Part shown: positions 51,083 through 64,000 of the stretch, piece by piece
Position numbering within the stretch: the first letter of the stretch is position 1
How the letters are laid out: the number at the start of each line of letters is the position of its first letter
DNA from: Hemiscyllium ocellatum
Taxonomy: Eukaryota
DNA length: 64,000 nucleotides
NCBI RefSeq assembly: GCF_020745735.1
Contig: NC_083429.1
Location: forward strand, 35,755,877 to 35,819,876
Reading direction: 5' to 3'
Made by a program: the position numbers and the translations under genes
Notes under the pieces: model-generated
Databases searched by the model: none
Told to the model about the DNA's origin: nothing
Seen by the model: the letters and a program-made list of their open reading frames with translations, nothing else

Positions 51083-51829
51083 CTGGAATCATTCAAAAGC
51101 CGGTCATTAACTGGGAAAGAAAGTCGTAAAGTGTAATACAAGCAGTATTGAGGGAACACCTGTGGGATATTTCTGAGAATCAACATTTGCCGGCTTGAGT
51201 TGGTATGTGAGAATCAGGGTCACTTTCCATTTCTTCTCACCACTCCCATTGTTTCTTGATGACAGTGATATTGCTTCACAGTCAGACTACTGCACAGTGG
51301 CGAGTGAACTTTCTCAACTATTTTGCAACATCAGGAAATCCAGTTCACCTGAATTTTCCAACTTCAGCATTCAGTTGGAGCTGGAAACGGTGAAGGATGT
51401 AGAGAGCAGTTGATAGTGGGAAACTGCTCCCATTCATGAAAGAGATGGAGAATGAAAATTGGTAAAAGAAGCAAGAGTAACACAAGGAACATTTCACATA
51501 ATAAGTGGAAAAGGTCTGCAACTTGTTGTATTTTCAGGTACCAGCTCTGACAGCACGTTGTATCTTCTGGTTAGCAATCACTGGGGGCTTGTGGTTATGG
51601 CTACTTGTTATGACTCAACCTTCTTTCTACTCTTGAAAAATGAACAATAAAATAATATTAGTGATGACAATTCCCACGGGGCACTGCATTGAGAATGAAA
51701 CAATTATGTTTGTATCAAAGTATCATGTTGCTGGGGTGATAATGCACCTTAGCCCTTATGCTCCCCACTGGCCACATAGGCCAGAAGAGTACAAACGTGT
51801 TCTCTCTCCAAGGACACCTGCACATAGGG

Positions 51830-53210
51830 TACTTTACCACTGGGTCTGGTATCTCTAACTCTCCCTCTGCTACAGGTGGCATGTAACGCTCAGTAGCTAA
51901 TCTCTTGTGCCCAGAGTGACTTGAAAGATATTCATTCTTTTCTTCAGGCAGCAAAGGTGGTGAGGTAGTGAAATCTGCTGAGTCCATCTCAGATTCTGGG
52001 GTATCTTTAACACTTGATAAAAAGGGAGAACCCATTGGTTCTGGAAACAATTGGTAAGGCTGTCAAGGAGTTGGGCATGTTTTGCTTCGACACCGTTTGT
52101 GAGTTTGCAGCTTTCATATGGTCCACCTGTTCAGGACAGTTGCACCTACTCAAACATACATCACAAGAGCTGACCTCACATTGAACATGCCTTATACCCA
52201 TGCTGGGCCATTTCTGTGTTCCGTATGCCAAACTTCATCCCCTGAGGTAAACTGTCTCTCTCGCTTAGCAGAGTCTTGTGTCCAACATTAGCATTCTTGG
52301 CACCCTCCCCACCCCCAGATCTGGCAAGATCTGATTTAATCTCGTGTGGAGTCTTCTCCCTGTTAGCAATTCTGGTTGAGCTATCCTTGTAGGTGCATGA
52401 GGAATCGGGATAGTTTGGTATCTCATGAAGCTCTAGGCTGTTTCTTTAAGCCTGCCTTCTTTCTGCTAGACCAGGAGAAAGTGAGGGCTGCAGATGAAGG
52501 GCTTATGCCTGAAATGCCAATTCTCCTGCTCCTTGGATGCTGCCTGATCTGCTGTGCTTTTCCAGCACCACACTCTCCACTCTCATCTCCAGCATCTACA
52601 GTCCTCACTTTCTCCTAGTTGATTTCAAACTTACTGCAAAGTCTCTTCCAAAGATGCCGACCTTGAAGAAGTTCTCTCTTCTCTCTACAAGGATCTCAGT
52701 GAGTCTCTCTCTCACTGCACCCCCCAGGTCATCGCCTCTGCCCTGAAGCTCTTCAGCCACGTTCTGAAGCACACTCACTACCACAGCCACATCTCCTTCT
52801 TCAGTGTCTGCCTATGGGGCCGACTGGTCCTACATGGACTCTGAACCACATTCAGACCAACACAGTTTGGCCATGAACAGGATAACCAGTACCTACCAAG
52901 ATTCCTGATGAAAGGTTTATGCCCGAAACATTGATTCTTCTGCTCCTTGGATTCTGCCTGACCTTCTGTACTTTTCCAGCACTACGCTCTCCACTTCTTT
53001 CTGCTAGACAATTGGATGATGGATGATATGGAGTTGTCCTTATATGTTGAATACCATTCAATGTTAGGAAATACTCATAATTCCCTGCTGGTAAACAATG
53101 GCTCATTATCTATGACCGTCTTCCGGTCCATGTATTTTAAAAATAATGCTGCAGTTTTTCTATTGTTATCCCTGTTTTTGACAAATTAACTCTATGCATG
53201 TCCAGCCACT
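51830..53210 (-). mobile_element. Gypsy-type integrase/3' remnant interrupted by Penelope-derived pieces (about 52470-52990)
   Basis: FLTLNGIQHIRTTPYHPSSNCLAER resembles the Gypsy integrase motif PYHPxSNGxAER. Confidence 0.65.
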
Positions 53211-53621
53211 TTGCCTCCCGGAAGGTCTTCTAATTTGTAATTTTATGCAGTTAATATTAGAGCTTACCACAGGACTGTCTTGTCCTCTTTTGAGAATTTG
53301 GCAGGTGTTCTTCCCCAAATTGAACATAAACAACTAACAACAAGGGAAAAGAAAAGTTATCTGCCACGATTGAACAGCAGAGCATATTCAATGGGCCGAA
53401 TAGCCTATTTTCTGCTCCTATATCTTTTGGAGAGTGACCGTGTCAAGCAGCTTTTCAGAAACTTCCCTCCCTGTTCAAACAAAGTACGTTTTCTCAAGCA
53501 GTTTTTCATACATGGACTACCCCTTTAAATCTAAAGGGGTTGGGAACTGCCAACAAACTTTATTTCCTCCTCTCTCTACAACAAACTTTAGACTCAGTCC
53601 ACTTCCCTGATCAGAGGTAAA

Positions 53622-56600
53622 ATGGAGCCGTGTTTTACTGATGGGGATTGTTATGAGAAAATGTTTAGCCCTCGGGTTTATTTGGAAACGTATTATGCTT
53701 CTCCACTTGGGAATCAGATGGAACATAATTTTTTGCTTTTCGTTTTGAAGAATTTGGTACAAGCCTTTTCCAGGGGTGAGTAAAGTCTTGGTTTTGTGAA
53801 CTGGATTGCTTTGCTCAATGTTGGTCTGAAGAGCAACACCCGAATTTATGAGTAACTTTACAGAGCAATGACTTAGTTTATTGTCAGTACAATTTTTTCC
53901 TAGTTATTTTAATCAGCGTGTTCGGACACAGAACCGGGACGGATGGGAGTCGAACCCATTCTCTAGGCTCAGAGGTTGGAGGTATAGGAACCCCAAATGT
54001 TGGGCCAAAACCCGATCTTTCTTGCTCAGAGAGAGGGATATTACGACTGTGCCAGAACAACCCTCGCAAAAAATACTTTTTGTATGAGGATTTGGAGGTG
54101 CTGGTATTGAACTGGGGTGGACAAAGTTTAAACAATCGCACAGTACCACGTTATAGTCCAACAGTTTTGGTTTTGGAAGCACTAGCTTTTGGAGCACCAG
54201 GTGTTTGAAGGAGCAGCGCTCCGAAAGCTAGTGCTTTCAAATAAACCTGTTGGACTATAACCTGGTGGTGTGTTTTTTTTTAACTTTTGTATCAGCTGCA
54301 TAATGAAGTATTTTCAGAAGCTGTTGGAGACTGCAAACACCGACTGAATCAAAAATACAAGCTTTTAGCCAGATCAGTGGATGATTGAGTTGATGCCTCT
54401 CCAGTATTTGTATAAGAACATAAGATATAGGAGCAGAAAATAGGCTATTCGGCCCATTGAGCATGCTCTGCCAACTCACTCTCCCGCCTTCTCCCTGTAA
54501 CCCTTGATACCCTTGACAATCAAGAACGTATGTCTGTCTTTAATATACTCAATGACGTGGCCTCCACAGCCTTCTGTGGCAATGAATTCCATAGATTCAT
54601 TACTCCTTGACTGAAGAAGTTTTTCCTTATCTCTGTCTTAAAAGGTCTCCCCTTTACTCTAAAGCTGTGTGCTCTGGTCCTAATCCCTCCTACCAATGGA
54701 AACATCTTCCCAACTTGCACTCTGTCCAGGCCTTTCAGTATTCTGGAAGTTTCAATTAATCCCTCCTCATCCATCGACCCACAGCCCTTCCATGCACCTC
54801 ATATGTTAAGTTTTTCATTCCTGGGACCATTCTTGTGAACCTCCTCTGAACCTGCTCCAGGACCAGTCCATCCTTGCTAAGATTTGGGGCCCAGAACTGT
54901 ACACCGTACTCCAAATATGGTCTGACCAGAGCTTTATAGAGCCTCAGAAGTACATCCTTGCTTTGATGGTCTTATAGGACTTGAATATAAGATCTAGGAG
55001 TAGAAAATAGGCCATTCAGCCTATCGGATCTTCTCCGGTGCAATCCTCCCAATGGCTCTAATTTGAGTCACTGAACAAACAAGAAAGTAACAGGGTTGGC
55101 CTAAATTACCATTGAAGGGGGAGAAAACAGGAATTAAAGGGGTGCGGTGCAAGTGAAAGGGAACTGATAATGTTAAAGGGGTAAGATGTCATGAGTGTAA
55201 TGATTTGGACCTCTATAGAATAGCAGCACCCTAATCTGGTCCAATCAAGGAGCCCTGCCTGACATAATAGGGTTGAGAGTCACAGATACTGACTCTCTGG
55301 TGCCTGACTCCGTAAGAGGCAGTATTATAGTCAAGGATTGTTCATGTATAAATAAAAGGATAAAGGGTGAGGTGGTGATGGGATACCACGCTGTGAAGCT
55401 ATGTCAGAAGGTACTGGATTTAACTGGGGGATGGGGAAATGGATGTTGATGTAGGAGTGATGGGTCAGAAATAGGAACTGGATAAGGCCATTCAGCCCTG
55501 TGACTCAGCAGTAGTGCAGCTGTTCTGAATGGCGGATCAGGCAAGAGAAGTGAACTCTCATAGTCTTTGCTAGGAAGAGAGGAAAAGCACATTTCATTGT
55601 GTGATGAGAAATATTCCAACGTTAACTGCAAGAGAGAATGCCAAAAGCAAAAACATGATGAGTTGACAAGAAAGCAGGGTTTACAAATGCCCTAAAATAG
55701 CCAACAGCAAGCATGTGCAATTTTATAGTTTGAGGTCCTCCAACTGCCACAGCAGGTAAGGACACACAAAGGGTGCATTTTCTCCATAACTGAAGCCGAA
55801 TGCATGTTCCTTCTTCTGGGCTCCATTACAATATATCTTTGCCCTGAGTGAGAGAAACTGTGCCATCATTCAATACACTTGAGACATCAGTGTTCCAGAA
55901 CACATGAAACAACAGGCCAAATGTGGCTGCCTCCTTTAATGCTGTGACCATTCTGGGTGAATCTGGGAGAGGAGTGTTAATTTGATCTGAGAGAGGGATA
56001 AGAGGAACATTCAGGGGAGTATCAGCGTGTTCCGAATGAGGGTGAATTGGGGAAAGGGAAAGCATGGCAGAACATAAAAGGGTAAAGTCTTCATAATCCT
56101 GTGCTCTTCTTACAGAGAGATAGAGAGAGACAGCTGGTGGTGAGTTTAATCTGAGGGTCACCACTCTCAGGTCTATGTTTACATTAATTGTGTTATTGGT
56201 TCCAGCTCTCTTTGTTTGACTTCTAATGGGGTGTTTAAATGTCTGCTTGCATTTCAGCCACACTGTCCTGAACTAAAATCTTCTTAGGAACTTTGCTCCT
56301 GGGTTTGACAAGGTGACCATGAACAGATCCAGGCAGTGGGGCATAGAGGGGAGAAATAAAAATGGCTGCCTGCCTCTCATTTGTGGTTCTGTCCATGTGC
56401 AGGTGGCCTTGGAGAGAGAACACGCTGGTACTCTTCTGGCCTATATGGCCAGTGGGGAGCATAAGGGCTAATGTGCATTATCACCCCAACAACATGATAT
56501 TTTGATTCTAATATAATAATTTTATTTTCAATACAGTGCCCTGTAGGAACTGTCCCCACTAATGTGAATTTATTGTTCATTTTTCATGATTAGAAATAAG

Positions 56601-59600
56601 GTTTAGTCATAGCAAGCAGCCATAACCACAAGCCCCCAGTGATTGCTAACCAGAAGATAACAACGTGCTGTCAGAGCTGGTACCTGAAAATACAACACAT
56701 TGCAGACCTTAGCCATTTATTGTGTGAAGTGTTGTTCCTTTTCATTCTCCATCTCTTTCATGAATGGGAGCAGTTTCCCACTATCAACTGCTCTCTACAT
56801 CCTTCACCATTTCCAGCTCCAACCGAATGCTGAAGTTGGAAAAATTCAGGTGAACTGGATTTCCTGATGTTGAAAAATAGTTGAGAAAGTTCACTCGCCA
56901 CTGTGCAGTAGTCTGACTGTGAAGCAATATCATTGTCATCAAGAAACAATGGGAGTGGTGAGAACGAATGGAAAGTGACCCTGATTCTCGCGTACCAACT
57001 CAGGCAGGCAAATGTTGATTCTCAGAAATATCCCACAGGTGTTCCATCAATACTGCTTGTATTACACTTTACAACTTTCTTTCCCAGTTAATGACCGGCT
57101 TTTGAACGATTCCAGGTCCAAGATTACACACACTTCTTGAAATTGGATGCGGTCCCTGTCTTCACTGCGCTCTCTGTGCCACGGAGTATGCGGAGGAAAT
57201 GGTTTTGTCTGATTATGCTTCCAACAATCGTCAAGAGATTGAGCAGTGGTTACGAAATGATCCAAAAGCTTTTGACTGGAGCCCAATTGCAAAATTTGTG
57301 TGTGAACTGGAAGGCAACAGGTAATTAAGAACTAACCCTGAGGTGCTGTGCTCTTTTCAATAGAAAAGTTTGCTTATTGATCCATATACATTTTTCAGTG
57401 TGTTACTGAGACTTACAGAGCAAGAAAATTATGGGTTTGATTCGTGTATTGAATTACCTGACCACCTCTGGTGTGATTTGATCTGATTTATTATTGTTAC
57501 GTACTGAGATACAATGAAAAGTATTGGTTTTTCTTCTATCCAGATGAATCATACCTTATATAAATACATCAAAGTAATAGGACAGAATGTGCAGAGAAGA
57601 ATTAAGTCGAATATATGAGAGGTCTGTTCATGAGTCTTTCTGTGGTGCATCCATAAAAGTCGGTAAGAGTCATTGTGGACATTAGGAAATTCGTTAACCT
57701 TCTGAAGAAGTGGAAGTGTTGATGTGTTGTCTTGCCTGTAACATTGACATAGATGGACCAGGACAGATTGTTGGATGCAGAGGAACCTCAATTATCCGAG
57801 GAACAAGGGCAGGCGGCGTATTTTGTTCGGTTAATCGAATGCCAGGTAACATAGTTTATCAGAGCATCAGGACCTTGCGATCTTGCTGGATAATCCGATA
57901 GTCAGATAATCGAATGTTGGATAATCGAGGTTCCTCGGTATTCACTCATAGGAACTTGAAGCTCTCGACCATCTCCACCTCAGCACCATTGTTACAGACA
58001 GGGGAATGTCCTCCAGAGGCATGTATCCAAACAGCTTCATCAAATTACATACGTAATCCAAGAAATTTGCTGTTTACATTATAATAAGGGGCAAAGACCA
58101 ACCAATAAAAAATCAAGAATGGATCTGCTTCAGTGAGAGTTTTTTGCTGCCTTTGGTTTTGATTTGTAGCTTACATTAGAGAGTTCCTTCAAATAACCAG
58201 CAATTGATCCAGTGTATTTAAAGCAAAGCAAGTGTAGACTTAAAAAGGTGCCGTCTCCCATAGTTGCTCAGCTTCCTTGTTTGAGACGTATAAGATTATG
58301 AAAGAATTGGACACTCTGGCAGCAGGAATCATGTTTCCGCTGATGGGTGAGTGCTGAACCAGAGGACACAGCTTAAAAATACGGGGCAGACCATTTAGGA
58401 CAGAGATGAGGAGAAACTTCTTCACCCAGAGAGTGGTGGCTGTGTGGAATGCTCTGCCCCAGAGGACAGTGGAGGCCCAGTCTCTGGATTCATTTAAGAA
58501 AGAGTTGGATAGAGCTCTCAAAGATAGTGGAATCAAGGGATATGGAGATAAGGCAGGGAGCGGATACTGATTAGGAATCATCAGCCATGATCATATTGAA
58601 TGGCGGTGCAGGCTCGAAGGACTGAATGGTCTACTCCTGCACCTACTGTCTATTGTTTGTTGTTAATGGCTCCTATCTAAAGTTCAGAACACTTTTAAAG
58701 AATTTGATGGAAAGTTGATATCAAATACAAGAGCATTCTCTGAATGAAAATGTCAGACTTGTTTTGTAAGGACCTTTTCTTCTTAGGCTACTCTGTAACT
58801 TCTCAGATATTGTTCACAAATAAGGCAGTGATCCATGTGTGAAGCATTCAAGTGGACAGTCACCTGTTGATCTGCTCAATGCTGGGATGCATAAATTCAG
58901 TGCCTGATGTGCTCCTGTTCTCTCTGTACCATCTGTCCTCAAACCCCTTCCATCCCCATCTTAGATTTCTACGTTTTGCAGAGCTGTGAGTGAACTTCAA
59001 CTTTGACACATTTTTGTGGCTTTGTTTTCGTGAGTTTGTCAGATTGTGGCCAACGAGTCCAATGGATGTGGGTTCAAGTCCACTGTGGGATTTGAGGCAC
59101 TTATTCTAGACTGGTACATGCGTTCAATTCTAAATAGAAGGTTGTGCTGTTAAAGAGTCTGCTGTGCTGGTTATATATTAAATTGGTTGCTGCACTTGTT
59201 TAAGTGAGCATGATAGAAGCCAGGATTCAATGGTTTTGGAACAATAATGAATAGGAATTAAGACAGATCCATAGTGAACAACAACTGAATGCCGTGACTG
59301 ACTCCATGATCTTGTCCAATTTCAGCATTTTTTTTTCTTTCCTTTTTTTCTCTCACCCTAACAATCCTGCAATTTTGGCCTCTTCAGAATCCCCATTTTC
59401 GTTGCTCTGTCATTAGTTGCATTGTCTTCAGCTAGCAAATGCTGTAGCTCGGGATTCCTCTTCATCATTGGGTGTCTGTTTCTTGTTTTAAGATGCTCCT
59501 TTCAACTTGGTTCTTAAATGTAGCTCTTGGCCATATGCACGAATGTCCTGTGATGTGATTTGTGTCAAATTTGAATCTCCTTGTAATGTTTCAGTTTGTT

Positions 59601-60318
59601 GATCAATGCTGTACAAATGCAACTCATTATTGAAGCACTTAAAGACATGATAGGATAAGAATGTTATTTGTTTAAATGTACATCAGCTGTTCGAAGTACT
59701 GTTTGTGGAGATCAGCCTGCAGCTCAATCATCACGACATTTTTGGTGTGGATCTTCTCCTTGACTGGCAAAGTTTGAAATGCACAATACTAATTGCCCCC
59801 TTTTAATACAGGACACATTGAATATAATCTTTTGTGGAATCTCGTTTTCAGACACTGAGTTTGTATCTTTCAGAGAACAATGGCAAGAGAAAGAGAAGAA
59901 GCTGAGAGATTCCATCAAGCAAGTTTTGAAGTGTGACGTTCATCAAAATAACCCTCTGCGTCCAGTGGAATTAGAACCTGTTGACTGTCTGATGACTTCT
60001 TTGTGTCTGGAAGCTGCCTGTAAAGATAAAGCAGCTTACTGCACCGCTGTTAGAAATGTAACCTCTCTGTTAAAACCTGGTGGGATGCTCATTATGATCA
60101 CTGTTTTGAATGAGACCTTTTATACAGTGGACAAACACAAGTTCTCATGCCTGAAATTTGATCAGGCCTTTTTGGAAAAAACTTTGAAGGAGGCAGGTTA
60201 TGAAATAGAACAATTTGAAATTTGTATTATTCCTAAAACTATAAATACTATATCAGACTGTGAGGCTGGAATCTTCTTGGTTGCTCGCAAGAAAGAGTGT
60301 TTTGTACTGAATCAGTAA
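53622..60318 (+). CDS. NNMT/INMT/PNMT-family SAM-dependent N-methyltransferase; join(53622..53775,57116..57320,59874..60318), 267 aa
   Basis: Exon 1 MEPCFTDGDCYEKMFSPRVYLETYY (154 nt); exon 2 LLEIGCGP...SDY...FDWSPIAKFVCELEGNR; exon 3 VLKCDVHQNNPL...CLEAAC...LLKPGG...LVARK. Open frame, GT-AG introns of phase 1 and 2, as recalled for NNMT. Confidence 0.95.
54415..54960 (-). mobile_element. CR1 LINE 3' fragment
   Basis: ILKGLDRV...RKNFFSQGVMNLWNSLPQKAVEA. Confidence 0.85.
57778..57938. mobile_element. Tigger/pogo-like MITE
   Basis: Inverted termini CAGAGGAACCTCAATTATCC and GGATAATCGAGGTTCCTCGG|TA. Confidence 0.7.
58281..58655 (+). mobile_element. CR1 LINE 3' fragment
   Basis: ETYKIMKELDTL...RRNFFTQRVVAVWNALPQ plus a 3' tail. 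Confidence 0.85.
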
Positions 60319-62099
60319 TGCAACTGCTATAGATTTATTCTGTTGAACTCTGACTTAAAGTGCAGCAATTAAAGCATTTTATAAAGCAACACAAAATACT
60401 TATTTATTCATGAGATTATTTATCTCAGCTGCTTTACTCACTCTTAAGAAACACTCCGTGCCCAATTTTCTGAGGATTGATGATTTTATGCAGGTCGCCA
60501 TTCCAACCCTTTCAATAAAAGAAAGATGCTCCAAATTTCGGATTGGAGATTGTGTTCAAGGCTCTGTCAAAAATGCAGACCAGTGCTTCCATTCAGACTG
60601 CCCTTGTAGCACAGGATTGTCAAAGGAAGGTAAATTATGCTCCCTTTTCATGCAGCAAGCAGCTGTATTCAGAAGATGTGTGTGTATGATTATAGTGCCA
60701 TTCCATGTTCCATTGATTACATGCAACATTGACACCTTTTGATGAAAGCCTGTTGAACTTTGTTAATGTACTTGTTTCTACCATATGCCCTTTCAGTCAA
60801 GGTGCTTATCATTTTTTGTGTAAACTATCTTATACATTTATTTTCAACGTTTCTGCTGTCACCTTAAGTTTGCGCCCTTACTATTTGGCATTTCCACCCT
60901 TTGGGGGGAAAAAACACCAAATATCCATTCTGATCCTATGTCTCTAATAAGTTAATGCACATTTTATGTATATCTATCAGTTCATCCCTCAGCCTCCATC
61001 ACTCGCAAAAACAATCCAAGTTTGTCCATCCTCTCCTTTATAATGAATATACTCCAATCCACATAAAATGCAGGGTTACAGGCATAGGTGTGCCTGGATG
61101 GGATGATCTTTGAGAGTTGTTCTGGACTCAATGGGTTGAATGGCCTGCTTCCACATAGTAGGAATTCTATGTTTCATTGACAACTGTTGCCGGAAAGAGA
61201 GAAATTTTGCCAAAACATTTTGTCTTGTAAATATCAGGATAAATGCAAGAATGCCAAATCTGAAAAGTTTTGCTAGCGTACTTCCCATCAATATGAGCTG
61301 TAAGATACTTAGGACAATGTAGTCAATATACTAAATTATAGGCTGGGTATATTGAAATGATAAAGGGAGAACAACAGTTGGAACAGAATGTACAAACACA
61401 GAGAAACAGCATCAAATAGGGTCAAACAGGGATAAAGTAATAAGGAGGCAAAAATTAGTGTTGATTTTCTTATGATGTTTTCCATGACCATGTCCAAAAT
61501 TGGACATTCTAAATTGTCTCACAGGAGGAGAACTTAGACCCAATGGAAAATTGGCGAAACTAAATTAAACAGCAGCTATTGGCTACAGAAAACTATGGAA
61601 AACAAGGTCAAAGAGGCCACTGTTACAGGAGGAACAAGTTACAACCAGCCCAATGGTTGTGTATGGGAGAGGTATTGATCAGACTACCTTGACCTCTAGC
61701 CAGTACCTGAGGACATTCAGTCTCCACCTCTCAGTGTGGCAACAGAAAATTGTATTGGTATGACACCCACTGGATGCTTTGAACCCAAATCATGACCACA
61801 TTTACCAGGACAAGGGTCGATTAAAAGCGCACACCTGGAAACCGCGCCCCCCCCCCCCCCCCGCCTCCAGTGAGGGCTCTCCGCAAGACACATGGTACAT
61901 GACTATACGGCAAAACCAAGAAGGCCCAGGCGAAGACCTGCCCTAACCTTCATGGAAAAGAGCCAGCCCTATATCAGAGAGGAAGGAGAATCCAACGGCC
62001 CAACTCAATCATATGGATCATTGTGGGTAATGTCCATTTTCAGTTGGATAGAGCTCGATAGAGAGCAAATATTTTGGGAATTTGGGAAATGCTGTGACC

Positions 62100-62960
62100 A
62101 TAGTGTTAAGCGTTTAGATGGAGAGGAATTTGTTAAGAGTGTACAAGAAACATTTCTGAATTAGTATGTAGATGTATCTACTAGAGAATGTACAAAACTT
62201 GACTTACTCTTGGGAAATAAGGCTGGGCAGATGACAGGTGTCAGTAAGGGAGCATTTTGGGGCCAGCGACCATAATTCTATTAGTTTTAAAATAGTGATG
62301 GAAAAGGATAGACCAGATCGAACTGTTGAAGTTCTAAATTGGAAGAAGGCTAATTTTGATGGTATTAGGCAAGAACTTTCAAAAGCTGGTTGGGTGCAGA
62401 TGTTCGCAGGTAAAGGGATAACTGGAAAATGGGAAGCTTTCATAAGTAAGATAACAAGAGTCCAAAGAAATATATTCCTCTTAGGGTGAAAGGAAAGGCT
62501 GGTGGGTATAGGGAATGATGGATGACTAGAGAAATTGAGGGTATGGTTAAGAAAAAGAAGGAAGCATATGTCAAGTATAGACAGGATAGATTGAGTGAAT
62601 TCTAAGAAGTGTATAAAGGGGAAACAACCACTCTGCATTTACCCTGTCAAGTCCCCTAAAACTCGTGTATGTTTCAGTAAGGTTGCCTCTCATTCTTCTA
62701 TAGTCCAATGAGTACAGACCTAATGTCCTCAACTTCTCCTCATATGATTGCCCATCCTTTTCTGGTATCAACCAGCGACTATCTTCAATGCCAGTATATC
62801 TTTCTTCAGTTAACGGGCACAGAAATGTTCACAGTATTCCAGTTGAGGTCTGACTACTGCCCTGAATAGATTCAGCAAGGCCTTCCTATTTTTATGTTCC
62901 ATTCCCTTTGAAATAAAGGCCAACATTCCATTTGCCTTCTGTATTGCCCACTGAACTTGG
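62100..62960. mobile_element. Two abutting CR1 fragments in opposite orientation (junction about 62620)
   Basis: Plus strand: endonuclease end (EHFGASDHNSISF, LNWKKANFDGIR). Minus strand: RT C-terminus (VVRPQLEYC; LGLYSLDYRRMRGNL). Confidence 0.8.
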
Positions 62961-62999
62961 ATATTCTGCTGAAGATGTGGTTTCAAACTTAGTCTGAAC

Positions 63000-63200
63000 G
63001 GAGTGCAAAGCACCATCCTGGTGTGTTGTGCTCTGCATCATTGGACCAGGTAACAAGACAATGCATTCAACGCTGAGGAACTGATGGAATGGGAGCAGTC
63101 TTCTGAGGAGGAGGAAGCTGTCGTTGTCTGTGAAAGGGGACTACAAGCCAGACAGCATCTCATTACACTTGCATCCAATGGATGAGAACTGGATGCAGCA
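63000..63200 (+). mobile_element. Possible PIF/Harbinger transposase C-terminal remnant
   Basis: TILVCCALHH followed by an acidic stretch resembles the Harbinger IIxACCxLHN motif. Short match. Confidence 0.4.
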
Positions 63201-63589
63201 GACAATTGTGGATTGTAAAATAATTCATTCTCATAATGTCGAAATCTCTCTTTTAATTGTGGGGGTGAATGTCGACTTCTATTGTTTGGATTCACGGTTT
63301 CTCTGTGCAAATGAAAGCATATATTTAGAATTTTCCAATTATTTGCCTGCATGTGATGTTTCCCTCCTGCACAATGAAGGGCTGTGGGTCCACAGTGAAC
63401 TTTGTGGACAAGGTGGCTTTGGATTAAAGGGATGCAGTGACAGGCTGCTGATGTTTCAATATAAGCTGAGTGACAAGTTATTCTGGGAATGATGCAGATG
63501 GGACAGGGATGTGAAGGAAGCTATGCGAGTGGGTTAGTACTTAATGAGGCAAGTTTTTTAAAAACAAATCAGGGCTACTTAATCATTTC

Positions 63590-63782
63590 CTGTTGCCTTC
63601 CAGTTCACACACCCGTTTTGCATTTGGGCTCCAGTCGAAAGCTCCTGGGTCATTTTGTAACCACAGCTCAATCTCTTTAGAAACAACATCAGACACACAA
63701 TTTCCTCCACGTGCTCTATGGCATAGACAGCACAGTGAAGACAGGGACCACATCCAATTTGAAGCAGGTCCGGAATGTAGAC
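63590..63782 (-). pseudogene. Third NNMT-like copy, exon 2 only, disabled
   Basis: LLQIGCGPCLHCAVYA...FDWSPNAKRVCELEGN. 193 nt versus 205 nt, with indels, and the donor GT mutated to GA. Confidence 0.88.
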
Positions 63783-64000
63783 CTGGAAAAGTTCAAACAT
63801 GAGATATCCAATCAGAGGGATAAAAGAATATTGCAAATCCAAGAGGACTGAAATAATTTATAAGCTGAATCAAATGGTTTTTGTGTGTTCAATTAATTAA
63901 ATTGTCAGTCTCCGAACCAGTGTTCCTCCTCATTTTTTGTTCTTCAGTGTGGACCAGCAAGGTAGCAACTTCTGGAACTGAATGCTGATGCGGCAAATGG

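Noticed and set aside
55188-55405. Possible short solo LTR (TG...CA with AATAAA)
   Set aside because: No matching target-site duplication could be confirmed.
59779-59873. N-terminal extension of the 179-aa ORF (MHNTNCPLL...)
   Set aside because: Intronic; the exon starts after the TTTCAG acceptor at 59874.

Overview
Eukaryotic genomic DNA, almost certainly from a shark or ray (HE1-type tRNA SINEs, CR1/HER1-type LINEs, Penelope elements). Host genes read from exons and splice sites: the 5' part of THYN1 (minus strand, continuing off the left edge) head-to-head with a complete ANAPC13 (plus strand) around a CpG-rich promoter near 13.0 kb; a complete 3-exon GPI-anchored Ly6/uPAR three-finger gene (37.1-45.1 kb); and a complete 3-exon NNMT/INMT/PNMT-family methyltransferase (53.6-60.3 kb) flanked by two disabled inverted paralogous copies. 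Between ANAPC13 and the Ly6 gene is a 9.3-kb class I (gamma/epsilon-like) endogenous retrovirus (24605-33940, minus strand). It has near-identical LTRs, a GTAA target-site duplication, a tRNA-Pro PBS and a PPT, but its gag-pol interior is a deleted patchwork and env is broken. The rest is nested transposon debris, including palindromic Penelope-derived inserts with minimal hammerhead-ribozyme motifs. All identities are by-eye estimates; no database searches were run.
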